A DNA stretch of 64,000 nucleotides from the human T2T-CHM13v2.0 reference genome, Homo sapiens, in assembly GCF_009914755.1 (NCBI RefSeq), contig NC_060930.1. One strand, 5' to 3'. The position numbers were made by a program, and so were the translations under genes. Shown here one piece after another: positions 1 through 14,992 of the stretch. Below the pieces are notes generated by a model. It saw only the letters and a list, made by a program, of their open reading frames with translations. It made no database searches and had not been told where the DNA came from. The first letter of the stretch is position 1, and each line of letters starts with the position of its first letter.

Positions 1-67
1 ACAGTCCGGAGGAGCGAGAGTTAGATAGGAACACAAACAGCTTACCCATCGTGCTCCAAATAACACC

Positions 68-162
68 CCAAATAATAATCTGAATTAACAAGTACAAAGC
101 TAACAGTGAAGATTTGAGGTACTTTCCAAAAAAGATTATTGCCGTAAAATAGAAGTTTGAAA
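68..162 (+). repeat. 95-bp dispersed direct repeat, copy A (partner 1672-1766)
   Basis: Manual alignment: 5 mismatches in 95 bp, no indels. Confidence 0.9.
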
Positions 163-474
163 CCTCTTGTCATGCGAGGTGATCAGTCTTACTGCATAAG
201 CCATTTCATTTGGGTTTTCTGCTGTCTACAACCAAAACAACAGCCTAACAGAAACACTTCACTAAACCTTACAAAAGTTTAACAAGTGATTTGCACTATC
301 AGTCAAGGTGTGGGTTTTGAAAACAAAGAGACCAACAGGCAAAGCAGAGATGCGGGAACTTCAGGAAAAAAGACACTCGGCTGCCTTCTGAGGCCGCCAG
401 ACAGAAGCTTGAAGCAAGAGAATTCCAAATGCTCTAAGTCTTTATAATTTCACTCTCTTATCCCTTTGTTCTAG

Positions 475-538
475 CCCAATGACCCTCTCAATGAAAACAA
501 AGGCCGACTCTCTCCCAGCACACTTGTCCTGTTCTGAG
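475..538 (+). other. Candidate 64-nt exon
   Basis: Pyrimidine tract and acceptor (ctctcttatccctttgttctag|) at 452-474; donor GAG|GTAATT at 539. Confidence 0.4.
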
Positions 539-568
539 GTAATTTCCCTGGAGTGACCCATTCCTCTG

Positions 569-577
569 CCGGAAGTG
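569..577 (+). promoter_or_regulatory. ETS/GABPA consensus site CCGGAAGTG
   Basis: Exact consensus with intact CpG; motif match only. Confidence 0.25.
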
Positions 578-1282
578 GAGGTGTTGTCTGGCAGGAGACA
601 GCAAGAGTCAGCAGAAGACCCCGGACGCCTCCTACGCCTGAGGGATTTCCAGCATCCATAGACGCATGTCATTCTTAGTCACACCTTCATTTTAAAGATG
701 GAGGAATGGGTGGCAGGAGGGAAATCTGTTACATATTAGTTTCCAGACACTTACTCCTGTGGAGCCATCCTAAGCATCAAGGGTAGAAAGAACGCCTGTG
801 AAAAACTTTGGTCTTGAGAACAAAAGGGTAGTGGAAGGGGAACTCATTAAAGGACCAGCTTTAACATCTACAGTCTTTCCATAGAATTTAGCCCTGAACT
901 TTTCAGTTAATGACAACAATTAGATTCATCTCCTTGGCTACAGTGCAAATTCTTATTAGAGACCATTGTTTCCTGCCTCTCTGTTCCTCTAATGCCACTA
1001 ATTGATTGACCGATTGGTTGATTGATTGAATTATTGGCTGCCTTTGTTGGGAGATTGGTTGGTTGCTAGAAGGAAGACCTTTTCTATCAAATAACAAAAA
1101 AGAACAGTTTAAACATGCCTGTATTTTGAGAAATTTGTACAGAAAACGGAAAGTGATTTTGATACTACACAGATGGAAGGTGGAGCCAGGCAAAGTGGTG
1201 ATCAAAACTTTCACCTGTAGGGTGGAACTGTTATCTTTTTTCAAGTGGAAAAGAGAAAATCATCTGACAAAAGGTGAAATTA

Positions 1283-1630
<348 letters not shown>

Positions 1631-1671
1631 TTATGGAACAGATATTATTATTCTGAAGTAACAATAGTACT

Positions 1672-1766
1672 CCAAATAATAATCTGAATTAACAAGTACA
1701 AAGCTGACAGTGAAGATTTGAGGTACTTTCCAAAATAGATTATTGCTGCAAAATATAAGTTTGAAA
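1672..1766 (+). repeat. 95-bp dispersed direct repeat, copy B
   Basis: Matches 68-162. Confidence 0.9.
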
Positions 1767-1814
1767 ACTAGATAAACAGAGTTAATCATGGAAATTGTAG
1801 GGTTTTAGTTTTAA

Positions 1815-2190
1815 AGATTTTATATGGAGAATTTCAATAGTATAATAATATATAATTTCAATAGCAAAAGAGTATATAATTCAAATAGTGTAATAGTATA
1901 TCATTTCAGTGGTATAATAGTATATAATTTCAATCATATAATTACAATAATATAATGAACCCATCCCCCAGTGTCAAGAATTGTCAACACATGACAATCT
2001 TCTTCCACATGCCATCCCCGCTTTACCTCCTTCCAGCCACACTGGAGCAAACCCGGATACCCTATCATTTCATGCAAATACCTCAGTATGTGTTTCAAAA
2101 AGATCAGGAGTTTGCTGAGGGTATGTGGTTTGACATAACCACAACACTGCTCCCACATCTAAAAATTAATCATTCTTTAATATCACAGTC
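1815..2190 (-). mobile_element. Old L1M (L1MC-like) 3' fragment with internal AT-rich tandem expansion
   Basis: Remembered L1MC 3' motifs; repeated aatttcaatagtata units at 1830-1955. Confidence 0.5.
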
Positions 2191-3154
2191 ACTGTTTGAA
2201 TTGAGAAGGAATCTTTTGAGAGGGTTCCCTGTAATTGAATATGTTTTACTTTAACATATTTTTAAGTTAAAATGAATATAAACATTATGCACAAGCATAA
2301 ATATATAATAAAGTAAAATGTAAACTGTGTATAAACTTTTTTGGTTTGTTTTACTTTCTAAAAATTTCTTCAAATATACATAGAATTTAACATAAATATA
2401 TAAGTGTGGTAATACATATGCTGTTTGGGTTGAGGGGGGAATTTTTTTTCTTGGACTGTTTTTACCCATTTGTCCATATAATAGTAATCCATCAATTTAG
2501 TTGCTGCCTTCTGATTTTTTTCTCCAACTTTACACTTCTCACTTCTCTTCTAGACATTGAGGATACTGTGTGAAAAATAAACAAAGTCTCTTGTTGCTTG
2601 AGCTTACTTTCTAGTGTTACAGGTATTTATGCATGTAAACATAGACTACACATAGAAAGAGTGATATTTAACTGTAAACATATTAAATATCATTTTCTGA
2701 ATCTTGCTTTTCTTACTTAACACCATCAAATCAACTGGTTTAGTTCTATTTATCCTTTTTGATGCTTGCATAATACGTTAATATATCCCATCAATTGTTT
2801 GGCCATTTTCCTAATAATAAATCTGCCCTTTGTCTACAGGTTTTTAGCAGGTGGGCCACTAGAGGCATCCTGACTCTAGTGTCATTTACCTCTGGTGTTT
2901 TTTCGTTTTCTTTTCCTTGTGGATTAGATTCCAAGGAGTACAATTTCCAGCTCAACAGATATTTATACTTTTAATATATAAAGATCTGAGTTTTTTTTTA
3001 AAAAAAGAACATGTTGAAGGAGAGATACCAAGAGACTGGCAGGCAGGAATAAAGGGAAAGAATTTTCCAGGAGGATGACGATCGCCTGTGTCAAATATGA
3101 AGTCCAGGGCCTGGGAGGCTCTTCTCATTCTTTCTGCCCAAACACATTTAAGAT

Positions 3155-3303
3155 TTTTCTCTTTCCACCACAAAAAAATGATAAGTATGTGAAGAAATAC
3201 ATATGTTAATAAGCTCAATTTACAATGTAGACATATTTCAAAACATGTTTTACAAAATAAACATACACAATTTTGTCAATTTAAAAAATGAATAAATAAA
3301 TAA
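3155..3303 (+). mobile_element. L1MA-type 3' end fragment
   Basis: caccacaaaaaaatgataagtatgtga... followed by A-rich tail. Confidence 0.6.
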
Positions 3304-3349
3304 GATTTTTCCCTTAAGATAGTTAATTTTTTTCTAAAAGGCAGGCTCT

Positions 3350-4562
3350 CAAGAGAATGAGAAGACAAGCCACAAACTGGGAAAAAATATTTGCAAATGA
3401 TACATCCGAGAAAAGACTGTAATCCAAAATATACAAAGAACTCTTAAAACTCAACAATGAGAAAATGAATAACCCAGTTTAAAAATGGGCCTAAGATCAA
3501 AACAGACACCTCAGCAAAGAAGATATACAGATGATAAACAAGTATATGAAAAGCTGGGCCCACGTCGCACATCAGTAGACAACTGCAAACCGAAACAATG
3601 AGATACCACTACCCATCTATTAGAATGGTGGCAATCCACAATGCTGATGATGCCAAATGCTGGGGGGATGTGGAGCAATTGGAGCTCTCATTCACTGCTG
3701 GTGGGAGTATGCAAAATAGCACAGCTACTTCAGAAGACAGTTTGGCATTTTCTTATAAAACTGAACACACTCTTAAAATATAATCCACCAACTACAGTCC
3801 TTAACATTTTCACAAATGAATTGAAAAACTATATCTACACAAAAACCTGCACATGGATGTTTACAGCAGCTTTACTCATAATAGCCAAAACCTGGAAGCA
3901 ACCAAGATGTCCTTCAGTGGGTGGAAGGATAAATGAACTGTGGTACATCTAGATAATGGAATAGTATTCAGTGCCGAAACAGAAATGAGCCATCAAGTCA
4001 CCAAAAAGACGTGGAAGAACCTTAAATGCACATTACTAAGTGAAAGAAGCCAATCTGAAAAGGCTACATGCTGAGTGGTCCCACCTATATGACACTCTGG
4101 AAAAGGCAAAGCTATAGAGATGGTGAAAAGATCAGTGGTTTCCAGGGACCTGGGGAGGAAGGGCTGAGTAGGGGGAGGGCAGGGGATTTTTAGGGCAGTG
4201 AAACTACTCTGTATGGTACTATAATGGTGGATACATTCCTTAAAACCCACATAGAACGTACAACAAGAGGGAACCCTGGGTAAAGGAACTTTGATAATGA
4301 TGTGTTAATGTAGGCTCATCAATTATAACAAATGTATCATGCTGGTGAGAAATGTTGATAGTTTGGGAAGCTATGGAGGGTGGAAAGGAGGGTGGGAAGC
4401 TATGGAGGGTGGGAAGGAGGGTGGGAAGCTATGGAGGGTGGGAAGGAGGGTGGGAAGCTATGGAGGGTGGGCACATGGGAATTCTTTATTTTCTGCTTGA
4501 TTTTGTTGTGAATCTAAAACTTCTCTTAAAAATAGTGTATTAAATTTGAAAACAAAAAAAAC
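3350..4562 (+). mobile_element. L1MC-like element (ORF2 3' end, 3' UTR, A tail)
   Basis: ORF track 3641-3952 gives an L1 ORF2 C-terminal-like peptide (TCTWMFTAALLIIAKTWKQPRCPS); A-rich end at 4548-4562. Confidence 0.9.
4364..4471 (+). repeat. 29-bp G-rich minisatellite, about 3.7 copies
   Basis: Unit tgggaagctatggaggg+tgggaaggaggg, nearly perfect copies. Confidence 0.95.
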
Positions 4563-5059
4563 AGAGGCTCAGGTTTGCTTCAGTTCAGGGAAGTTTTCTT
4601 TTATTGTTAGTATCATGGTCACCTCTCCTCCGTTGGTTCTATTTTTTCCTCTTTCTGCAAGTCAAGGTTTCTCTATTCACAAGTCAAGGTTTTAGGATCC
4701 ATCCCATGTTCCTTACCCATTTCTACTTGCTTCCCATCTCTTTCTACATTTGCTCTATACCACCCTTTTCATCAAGGGGTCTGTCTGCCCTTTGACCCTC
4801 CAGGAGAGCTGACCATATCTTCACGGTGATCTTCCACTTTTTCAGTTAATCTACTGAATGGTATTTAGTTAGGAAATTATGATTTTTAGCTCCAGAAACT
4901 CTTTTTGTGCCATATTTGAATCTCCTTCAATGCTCTGATTTTGAAATTCATACTGTCTTGTGTCTCCTACACCAGCTCTGCCTGTGCTGCCTCACCCTTC
5001 TCTCCCTGGAGAAAGGCCCCTCCAAGAGGCTGTTGCTTTTCTTTGTTGGCTTCTGGTAG

Positions 5060-5593
5060 ATGTGCTCCTGAAGGCAACTGTCTCAAAGGTGGGAGGAGGC
5101 AGCGCACTTGCCAGTGTGGCTCGGGTTATGAAAGCACAGGCTTTTAGTCCCCTGCTGAGGATCCTGCACAAAGCCTCTACTTCCAGCTTCAGGGCCAGGA
5201 AAGACTCAGCCCACACACCCAGTTGCCTCTTGACCCCTTCAGGGCCAGAGAGAGCAGGTCCACTCACTCAGGACTCATGTCAGCCTTCTCCCCACGACTC
5301 CTTCAGAGCCCCAGCTCTCCTTGAACCCAGCTCCGCACTGAGCACAGCAGTAGCCTCCCTTAGAAGAAGGGAAGAGAGACTAGAGCCAGAGCAGAGGGTA
5401 GGTGAGCTAGGTTCACTGGGGGAGCGCCAGCATGAACCCTCAGACAATCACGACTTCCAACCAAAGTCCAAGCAGGAGCAGCTTCAGAAAACACTCCAGC
5501 CTTCTGGTGGTCCACATTGTTCTTCCTTACTGTTGATGGTATTTTGGTGGAAACAGTGGAGAAAAACTGAACCACTGAAAGCTGAAAGAACAG
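5060..5593 (+). CDS. Candidate large exon of a putative uncharacterised ORF (DVLLKATV...KTEPLKAERT)
   Basis: Lies within open frame 4960-5601. Acceptor tttctttgttggcttctggtag| (alternative acceptor at 5243); perfect donor CAG|GTAAGT at 5594; phase 1-1. No recognisable domain, may be non-coding. Confidence 0.4.
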
Positions 5594-5714
5594 GTAAGTG
5601 AGAATGACCAGGTACACTGAAAACAGATGCTTAGAAACATGACGATCTTTAAAAGGAGTTCTTAGACCAGGACTACCTGGTTCAACTGCACTTAGCCAGT
5701 CATACAGATTAATA

Positions 5715-6105
5715 TGTGTTACAGCTAAATGTCTGTAGCAGGCAAACCCCCAAATCTCAGTGGCTTAACCTTGTAGAACGTTATTTCCACTTACATAAAA
5801 TCCAGTTGGAGAGATGGTATACTCCATGAAGTCACTCAGGGGCCCAGGCTGACAGAGCCTCTGCATCCTTCAACAGCAGATACTCAAGTCTATTCAAGAG
5901 TCGATATGTAGTCAGCAGACATGAGGAAAAATCAAGACTTTTTCCTGGGAGGTGTTTCTTTGCCCATCATGGAGGTTACCCACATTAACTCCACTCATAT
6001 TCCATTGGCCAGAATTCCATTACATGATCTTACCTAGCTGCAGGGGAGGCTGGGAAATGCAGTCGCAGGAAGAAAGGAAATCAGGTCTGTTGAGTGTGTG
6101 GCACA
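5715..6105 (-). mobile_element. Old MaLR LTR (MLT1K/J-like)
   Basis: aaacccccaaatctcagtggcttaa...ccattggccagaa...ggaggctgggaaatg motifs. Confidence 0.6.
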
Positions 6106-6709
6106 TCTTCCCAGAAAGCCCGATTCATGAATATATACTGTGCTTATAACCCACTAAGATCCTCTATTTCCAAACCGTATTAATTACCTAGACCTCCAAA
6201 ACTAACATAATTTTTCAGATTTCAGCTTTTGACAAATCACTTGTTTTGTAAGTTTCCTCATTGTTGTCAACTTTAAGGGAATTCTGCATTTATCCAAGTG
6301 ATCTAATGAAAATCCTAAACAGTAAATGTTTTCAGTAAGTAGGATATTACTTATGAAATGTATTAAAAGCTTAATAATATAAATGGACCTCCAGGTATAT
6401 TGCATTACTAGGTTACAAAGAAAAAGAAATTTCAACCAAATGTAGCAGTAGTCCGAGCGGCCAGCTTTCTCAGTCAAGTGCAGCAGGACCCGCCTGGCCA
6501 GAGGATGCCAGACCAGAGGCCACCTGGTCAGCAACCTTGTTGTCTTTTGACCCAAGATGCAAAAACGATAGCATAGAAGAGCCATGTTCTGGTAAATAAA
6601 CCAGTGGGTCCACAAACAAGAACCACACCCCCCCAGGGAGATATCCCTTGAATCATCCTTCTCCATGGGATCCAGTAGGGTGTCCTAATCCACGTCCCTG
6701 AACTCCAGG

Positions 6710-7325
6710 GTATGCGTTTAGATTTTATCCTTGAAATAGCTCTCAAGTTCATCCACCTCTCCCCATCTCTACCTTTGTCATCTTAATTCAAGCCACTGTC
6801 ATCTCATCTCTCACCTGGACCATGCATGGCCTTATAAATAATCCCCTACATTCATTCTGTCTCCTTCCAATCCATCCTGTCCCCTGGTTAAAACAACAGA
6901 ACAGTTTCTCATTGCTCTTAAAATGCAAGAACCCAAACACGGCCTATGAGAGCCTGCACAGCTCCTTCCAGCACCTGCAACCCCATCTCCCACCACACTA
7001 CACACTTTGGGCCCAGCCTCCTGCTCTTTACACACATACTTGGTCTTCCCTTTGCTCACAGTACTTCTCCCTCCACTCCACCTCCTGATCTCTGCTTGAA
7101 CCTCATTTTCCAGCCAAACTTTCCTAACATCCTTGAGTAGGCTATATCTCCACCATGCGCTCTCCTTACACAGTGCACATCTCCTGCACAGCATACAGTG
7201 ACCCGCTTAAGATCCACAACTCCTATAGAGAGTAAGGTCCAAGGAGGCATTGTACCCGCACAGCCAGACAAGTCACCTGGCACAGAACAGGTAATTAGTA
7301 AATATGTGTTGAATAAACAAAATAA
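6710..7325 (+). mobile_element. L2 3' fragment
   Basis: catctctcacctggac...cctggcacag...aaatatgtgttgaataaa, typical L2 end. Confidence 0.7.
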
Positions 7326-7588
7326 AAATGGAAGTGCATGCGAATAGTTCTCGGCGGTTCACAAAGTCCTTTTGCACCCATTACGGCATGTGTCCCTCAC
7401 ACCTTTACTTTGAGGTCAATACTATCCCCTCCTTTCTATAGATGAGAAAACTGGGAGTGCTCAGATTTAGTTTAGTGTTAGTCCCCTGTGGCTTTTTAAA
7501 ATTCTGTTTTGTTACTCCTGCTCTTATCATTATTACTTCTGTCCCTGTCTTTTTTGGGTCTGCACTGTTGCTTTTTTCCTTACTTCTT

Positions 7589-7617
7589 TCTTTTTATTTT
7601 TTTTTTGTTTTTTATAT

Positions 7618-7664
<47 letters not shown>

Positions 7665-7899
7665 TTTTGAGACAGAGTCTCACTCTGTTGCCCAGGCTGG
7701 AGTGCAGTGGTGCAATCTCGGCTCACTGAAACCTCCGCCTCCTGGGTTCAGGCCATTCTCCTGCCTCAGCCTCCTGAGTAGCTGGTACTACAGGTGCCTA
7801 CCACCACACCCGGCTAATTTCTTGTATTTTTAGTAGAGACGGGGTTTCACTGTGTTAACCAGGATGGTCTAGATCTCCTGACCTCATGATCTGCCCGCC
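7589..7899 (-). mobile_element. 5'-truncated AluSc-like with (TTTA)n tail
   Basis: TSD tttccttacttctt at 7575-7588 and 7900-7913. Confidence 0.93.
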
Positions 7900-9070
7900 T
7901 TTCCTTACTTCTTAAATTGAAACTCAACTCGCTGTTTTATTAAACATTTAAAGTCAAAAATCTCCCTCCATATATTCCTTTAACTACATCCCACAATTTT
8001 TGATAGTGTTTTTACAGTTATTTAGTTCAAAATATTTAAATTCACTATTATGATATTTTCTTTGATTTATAAATTATTTAGAATTATTTATTCAGCTTTT
8101 GAAACACTGATAAAACACATGATCTTTTTGGCTATCTTTTTGGTTGTTGCTCTTAAATTCTGTGCTATTTCAGTCAGACTTGTGTTATTAACAATATTAA
8201 ATTATTTGATTTTGTTGAGATTTCCTTTATCGTCAAGTACATCATGAAGTATTTTTAAATGTCCCATGAGTGCTTGAAAGACTGAAAGTTACATTTGGTG
8301 GCCCATCTTGGGTTAGGGGCTGCTGGACTTAAAGCTACCTGCTATTTCTGAGGAGAAACATAGGTTTATAAAGTCTTTGCTTCCATTTTAATAACACTGC
8401 AATAAAATAGTAATATTTCTGCTGATGTACATTTTTGGGCCGTTTTTCTCATTTGCTGTGTTAATTGCTTTACAAACATAACCTTAGTTAATTTTTACAA
8501 TATCTTTAGAGAGTAGTGTTCCCAGTTTACAGACGAGCATATGTGGCTTATAAAGGTTAATCAACTTTCCCAAGGCAGCTGTGCGGTACAGCTGGTTTCA
8601 ATCTGGATTTGTATGACTCCAAGGTCCACACCTGTGAGTACAACACGCTGGACTGTCCACGGCAGTGAGCTGCCAGGTCTGAGTGGAGCTGGAGCCATGG
8701 GAAGTAGATAATCCCTCTTCCCTCCAACTCAAGGAATGTGGGCTCTGTAGGTTACGGGCATCCCAGATAAAAGAAACACATGGTTCCAGCAGGGACTGTT
8801 TCCCCTGCTTGATCTTACAACAGCAAATTATTTTCTCCTAATTGTTTCCAGTAGGGATTGAATCAAGTCTCAGCTGCTTATCAAAACCAGAAGCATCATG
8901 TATTTTGGAATGAGAAAGACTGGGCAAGAGGGCCTTGGAGCGCCAGGCCAGGAACTGCCCACAACCATCAGGGGCAACTCACTTCCCCTCACGCACAAGG
9001 AGGATTCTTCCTCCCTGGACTATCAAAGCAGTCAAGTGTACCTTCTCTGTTTTAAAATGTATCTAACTTA

Positions 9071-9467
<397 letters not shown>

Positions 9468-9490
9468 TTATACCATTAAGACTGAAACAG

Positions 9491-9674
9491 GGTTGAGCAC
9501 AATGGCTCATGCCTGTAATTCCAGAGCTTCGGGAGGTTGAAGCCAGTGGATCATTTGAGCCCAGAAGTTCAAAACCAGCCTGAGCAGCATGGTAAAACCC
9601 TGTCTCTACAAAAACTGCAAAAATGAGCCAGGCGTGGTGGTGCACACCTGTAGTCCCAGCTACAAAAAAAAAAA
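9491..9674 (+). mobile_element. Truncated AluJ (left arm plus start of right arm, then A run)
   Basis: Diverged Alu sequence ending tagtcccagctac(A)n. Confidence 0.85.
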
Positions 9675-9718
9675 AGGACTGAAGCAGAATATATGTGAAA
9701 GGAGAAATAAATACACCA

Positions 9719-10044
<326 letters not shown>

Positions 10045-10684
10045 AGAAATAAATACACCAAAAAATCTGTTAATACAGTTACTTTGAGTGAGCATTCAAA
10101 TACACTGTGAGCTTTCTGGTCACTTTGGCAAAAAAGGAAAAGTGGTGGGTTCTGTAATTTGAAATACCTGAGGAAAGAATGCAAACTCATTCAACAAGGG
10201 GGACTTTTTTTTTTGGTAGAAGATCTCTAAAATCCCTCTGCCTGTAGGTTTTATAAGAGCTCAAAGCACATGAAATTAATTCATCTCGCTTGTTTAAACT
10301 TCTTCATATTGCTCACTGTTATTGACTACAAACTTCACCTAACGCGAATATTAAACCCACCCATGTGGAAATAACAATTGGCTTTAGCAATAACTAAGAA
10401 ACTAGTGAAGCAACTCTGAGCCACCACTGCATAGTGTAAGGTACTGGTTAAAATTATGGGCTTTGTAGTCAGAAAGATTGGAATTGCTGTGAATACTAAA
10501 TACATCTATAAAGATTACCATAGAGCCTGGCAAATGGTCAGTTCTCAATAAACTATGATTTCCACATAATGGGGGACTTGCATTTGACTTTGGCATGCCA
10601 TAACACTCAACAATCCGACCATCTGTCTAAACGTAAATGTCACCAGTTACAACCTAACCATCCCATCATCTCTCTAAGCCAGGG

Positions 10685-11243
<559 letters not shown>

Positions 11244-11356
11244 CTACTGTTACAGTTATTCCCCAACAGAAGAGAAACTAGGCTAACAAATGAAATATAT
11301 GCCCAATATACATATTTTGGAAGCTCTTTACCACCAGAAAACACACCAGGAATTGA

Positions 11357-11543
<187 letters not shown>

Positions 11544-11919
11544 GAAACTTGAGTGATGTTTGTGTTTGTGTTTTCACTGGAGTTTTGTGGAAGGCCAGAT
11601 AAGATGTCTATATTCCAAATGCTGAGAGATTGTATTCTGTAGCTGAAACTCCTAGTTCCATATTTGAATAATTATTGAAGCAAATTTGGATCCTATGTGA
11701 ACATACAGAGCTATTTTCAGTCATTAATTAACAGAGACTTACTGTGGTCATGTGGAAATGGACTCCATTTTCTTTTCCAAAGAATTTACCCACCACAGTT
11801 TCATCTGGAAACTGGCCAGCTGGATGAGTCTCATGTGGTTAGTGCTTAATCAGCAGGAATTAACCAGGGACCTTCACTAGAGTGGACCTACCCCAGTTTG
11901 GAGACCACTGGAACACAAT

Positions 11920-12092
11920 ACAATCTTCAGCAAGTTTCTTCATCTTTCTGACTCTGTGTTTCTCCTTCTGTATAATTCAAACAACCATCTCTGCCTCACA
12001 GGGCCATTTACATGATGAAATAAGATGACACAGGAATAAGACACCTCCTAGCTCGGTGCCTGGCCAACAGCAGGCACTTGCTAACTATGCTT
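11920..12092 (+). mobile_element. MIR fragment abutting a splice acceptor
   Basis: gcaagtttcttcatctttctgactctgtgtttctcc...gtgcctggc...gcacttgctaac resembles MIR core and 3' end. Confidence 0.6.
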
Positions 12093-12116
12093 TTCATCTA
12101 TTTTCTTTCCTAACAG

Positions 12117-12314
12117 ATGTGGCCTCTGCCCGGAAGTGAACCTTGAGGTGGCTGACCCTTCTTCATCAAGCAGGGAGCTGTGGTTCAGGGCAGGAGCCCA
12201 GGGAGCAGGGGCGATGCAGGGTGTCACTGAGCTCAGACCTCCTGAGTTTGTGAAGTCCAGGAAGCCCCAAGTTGGCAGCGGCCACATGGGCAATTGTCTG
12301 AGCAAGGGGAAGAG
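12117..12314 (+). other. Candidate exon: ends the upstream ORF (DVASARK*, stop 12137-12139) and contains ATG 12286
   Basis: Branch point TGCTAAC 12079-12085; strong acceptor ttttctttcctaacag|. The 3' end is uncertain (weak donor GAG|GTTTCT at 12315, or read-through). Confidence 0.55.
12286..12314 (+). CDS. Putative microprotein coding exon 1 (MGNCLSKGKR), N-myristoylation/palmitoylation-type N-terminus
   Basis: ATG GGC AAT TGT CTG AGC AAG: Gly2, Cys4, Ser6, Lys7. Unspliced, the frame gives 38 aa ending at 12402. Confidence 0.3.
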
Positions 12315-12666
12315 GTTTCTGGGCCACTGTCAGTACAAACAGGGGCTTCCTCAAAGGCATCAGCTGCAGGCCGAGGAATGGGAGAGCGGGATGAGGCAGT
12401 GAGGGTCTTTGGAGGAGTTCTGAAAGCTTGTCTGGGGTCCCGCTTCATCTTTATTATTGTTACAAATTAGTTCCATGAATCAGTCAGGTCATTGAGGTTA
12501 CTCTGAAAGGAAGCATTTGAGAAGTGGGAGGATTTCTTCTTTCATTGTTGGGTGACTAATACAACAATCTTTATTTATATATTAGTCATGGGATTCTGTG
12601 AGTATTTTAGGAAAGAATAGGGACCTTTCATTCAACACCCAAAGTCTCTGTTTTTAAACTCTTCAG

Positions 12667-12712
12667 AAGGCCCTGGGAGGAAAACACCTACCCAGCTATC
12701 TTTTCCACCCAA
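12667..12712 (+). CDS. Putative microprotein exon 2 (RPWEENTYPAIFSTQ)
   Basis: Acceptor tctctgtttttaaactcttcag|, donor CAA|GTAAGA; 46 nt, phase 2 to 0, open. Confidence 0.4.
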
Positions 12713-13276
12713 GTAAGAAAACAAATGATGCTGAGAACAGCTTCCACATAAAATAGAGATGCTGAATTCATCCTTGGTTTTTAAAGCATCCACTGAGAAA
12801 TTCTCAGAAAATGGAGCAAATGGTGTAGTGTTCATCCACAGACACTGGAAGAAATAGAAAAGGAACATTCTTTAGTGAAATGAAACCCTTTGAGTTCTGG
12901 GTGCTTCACAGTATTTGGGGACTCCCCTTGTGGCGCAAGCTGCAGTAGGAGCTACAGGAATTCAAGAGACAGCAGGAAATCGCCAGTCAGGGGAAAACTG
13001 GGCAGAGAGGAGGGCAAAGTACCAAATACACCCTCACCAGGCTGGGCAGACTTTCAAAAGCTGAGTAATGATGTGGCATTGTTGCCTGAGTGCCCAGATT
13101 TTACTCACCCTCATGTTTGGGTATACAAAACATTATTTGCGGATCTGGAAGGAGAGATACCCTCATGTCATGGTGAGAGTTAAGTTTAATCATTCAGAGA
13201 TACAATAACCCAGTGATTCCTAAAAACAGAGCTCACATCAAATGAGCCCCCTGCTGTAGAAATCACGATCTTCTGA

Positions 13277-13597
<321 letters not shown>

Positions 13598-14088
13598 CTT
13601 AAGATTTCTTTTTTAATTGTCAGTTTCTAATGTATCATTACTTCTTCCCCAAATCACTTAAATCAGACACTTGATTTCAACCAATCAGTAGCTTCTACAG
13701 GAAGTGTGGCCTTAATCCTTTGCTTATTTTCCAAAATGTGCCCATGACACACCCAATGTGTAATCAATACATATTGTTGCCTGTGTCTACCATACCCTGG
13801 AGACTGAGCCAAGAACAGAGTGATATAAACAAAACATAAACATACGACAAGTTAAATAACAACCCCAAACAATGAACACTGAAGATACAACAGAAAATCT
13901 ATGTTTAATTTGCAAATAACACTAGAGAAGATGAAACACCAAGTTCCATGCAGAGAACCAGCTCTGTGGTCCACAGTGGGCTGGAAGTCTTAGGGGAGAG
14001 ATAGATGAGTCTTGACATAAACCTTAAAATATAAGTAGAAGTTAAAAAAACATGAGAGGCCAAAAGAAGACATTCCAGGGCAGAAAAA

Positions 14089-14129
14089 ATATATATATAT
14101 GTGTGTGTGTGTGTGTGTTTGTGTGTGTG
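14089..14129. repeat. (TA)n(TG)n microsatellite
   Basis: Read directly. Confidence 0.9.
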
Positions 14130-14692
14130 AGTAAAGGCTAGAAGTCTGAACAATGTTGGTAAAGTTTCTTAAAGGGAAGCTTTATCGCCTGAGACCAGGA
14201 CCAACCAGCAGAGAAAGCAGTAAGTAGAAGAGCTAATCTGATCTCTACCTCTTTAATGAAAATGCAGAGCCCCAGTTGGGGGCACAAGGGGAATCTCTGC
14301 TTCCCATGGGCCCTCAGCCCCAAACCTTGGGGAGTGGGTGGTCCCAAGGGATTGCAATCTTGGCTCTTGGAAGTGCCCAGTACCTAGACCAGGAGCAGGT
14401 GAGAGGCCCCAAAGTCGCTCACCATCCCAGGGCAGGCCAAGGCACTTAGGGCCCATGCTGCACCCGACTCCTCTGCACACAGGGGTAGAGAGTGACAGGA
14501 GGCCATGGACCTCCCCACCAACACCCCTAGGCAGAGAAAGACAGGGCTCTGGAGCAGAGTGCAAAGGGAAGCTGCGCAGGGCCAGGTACCCCAGGAGGCT
14601 GGGTGCATGCGACTGCGAGCAAGTCCCAGAGAGGCAGTGGGAATACCTGGTGCACCCCTCCCATCGGACTTCACTTACAAAATGCAAATTCC

Positions 14693-14992
14693 AGCCAGGC
14701 ACAGTGGCTCACGCTTGTAATCCCAGCAATTTCAGCGGCCGTGACAGGCAGATCATTTGAGGTCAGGAGTTTGAGACCAGTTTGGCCAATATGGTGAAAC
14801 CCCATCTCTACTAAAAATACAAAAATTAGCTGGGTGTAGTGGCACATGCCTGTAATCCCAGCTCCTCAGGAGGTTGAGGCAGGAAAATTGCTTGAACCTG
14901 GGAGGCAGAGGTTGCAGTGAGCCGAGATCACACCACTTCACTCTAGCCTGGGTGACAGAGGGAGACTCCGTCTCAAAAATATAAATAAATAA
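14693..14992 (+). mobile_element. AluSx-like
   Basis: Dimer; TSD aaaa(t/c)gcaaattcca. Confidence 0.93.

Noticed and set aside
479-538. MTLSMKTKADSLPAHLSCSE as the N-terminus of the 4960-5601 ORF
   Set aside because: It ends in phase 0, but the plausible acceptors into that ORF (4976, 5060, 5243) are phase 1; direct joining gives an early stop.
3598-4250. ORFs resembling a retroelement protein C-terminus
   Set aside because: Decayed L1 ORF2 and 3' UTR fragments, not a host gene.
14175-14219. Possible extra exon of the hidden ORF (donor GCA|GTAAGT at 14220)
   Set aside because: Acceptor has a poor pyrimidine tract and phase 0 contains a TGA.
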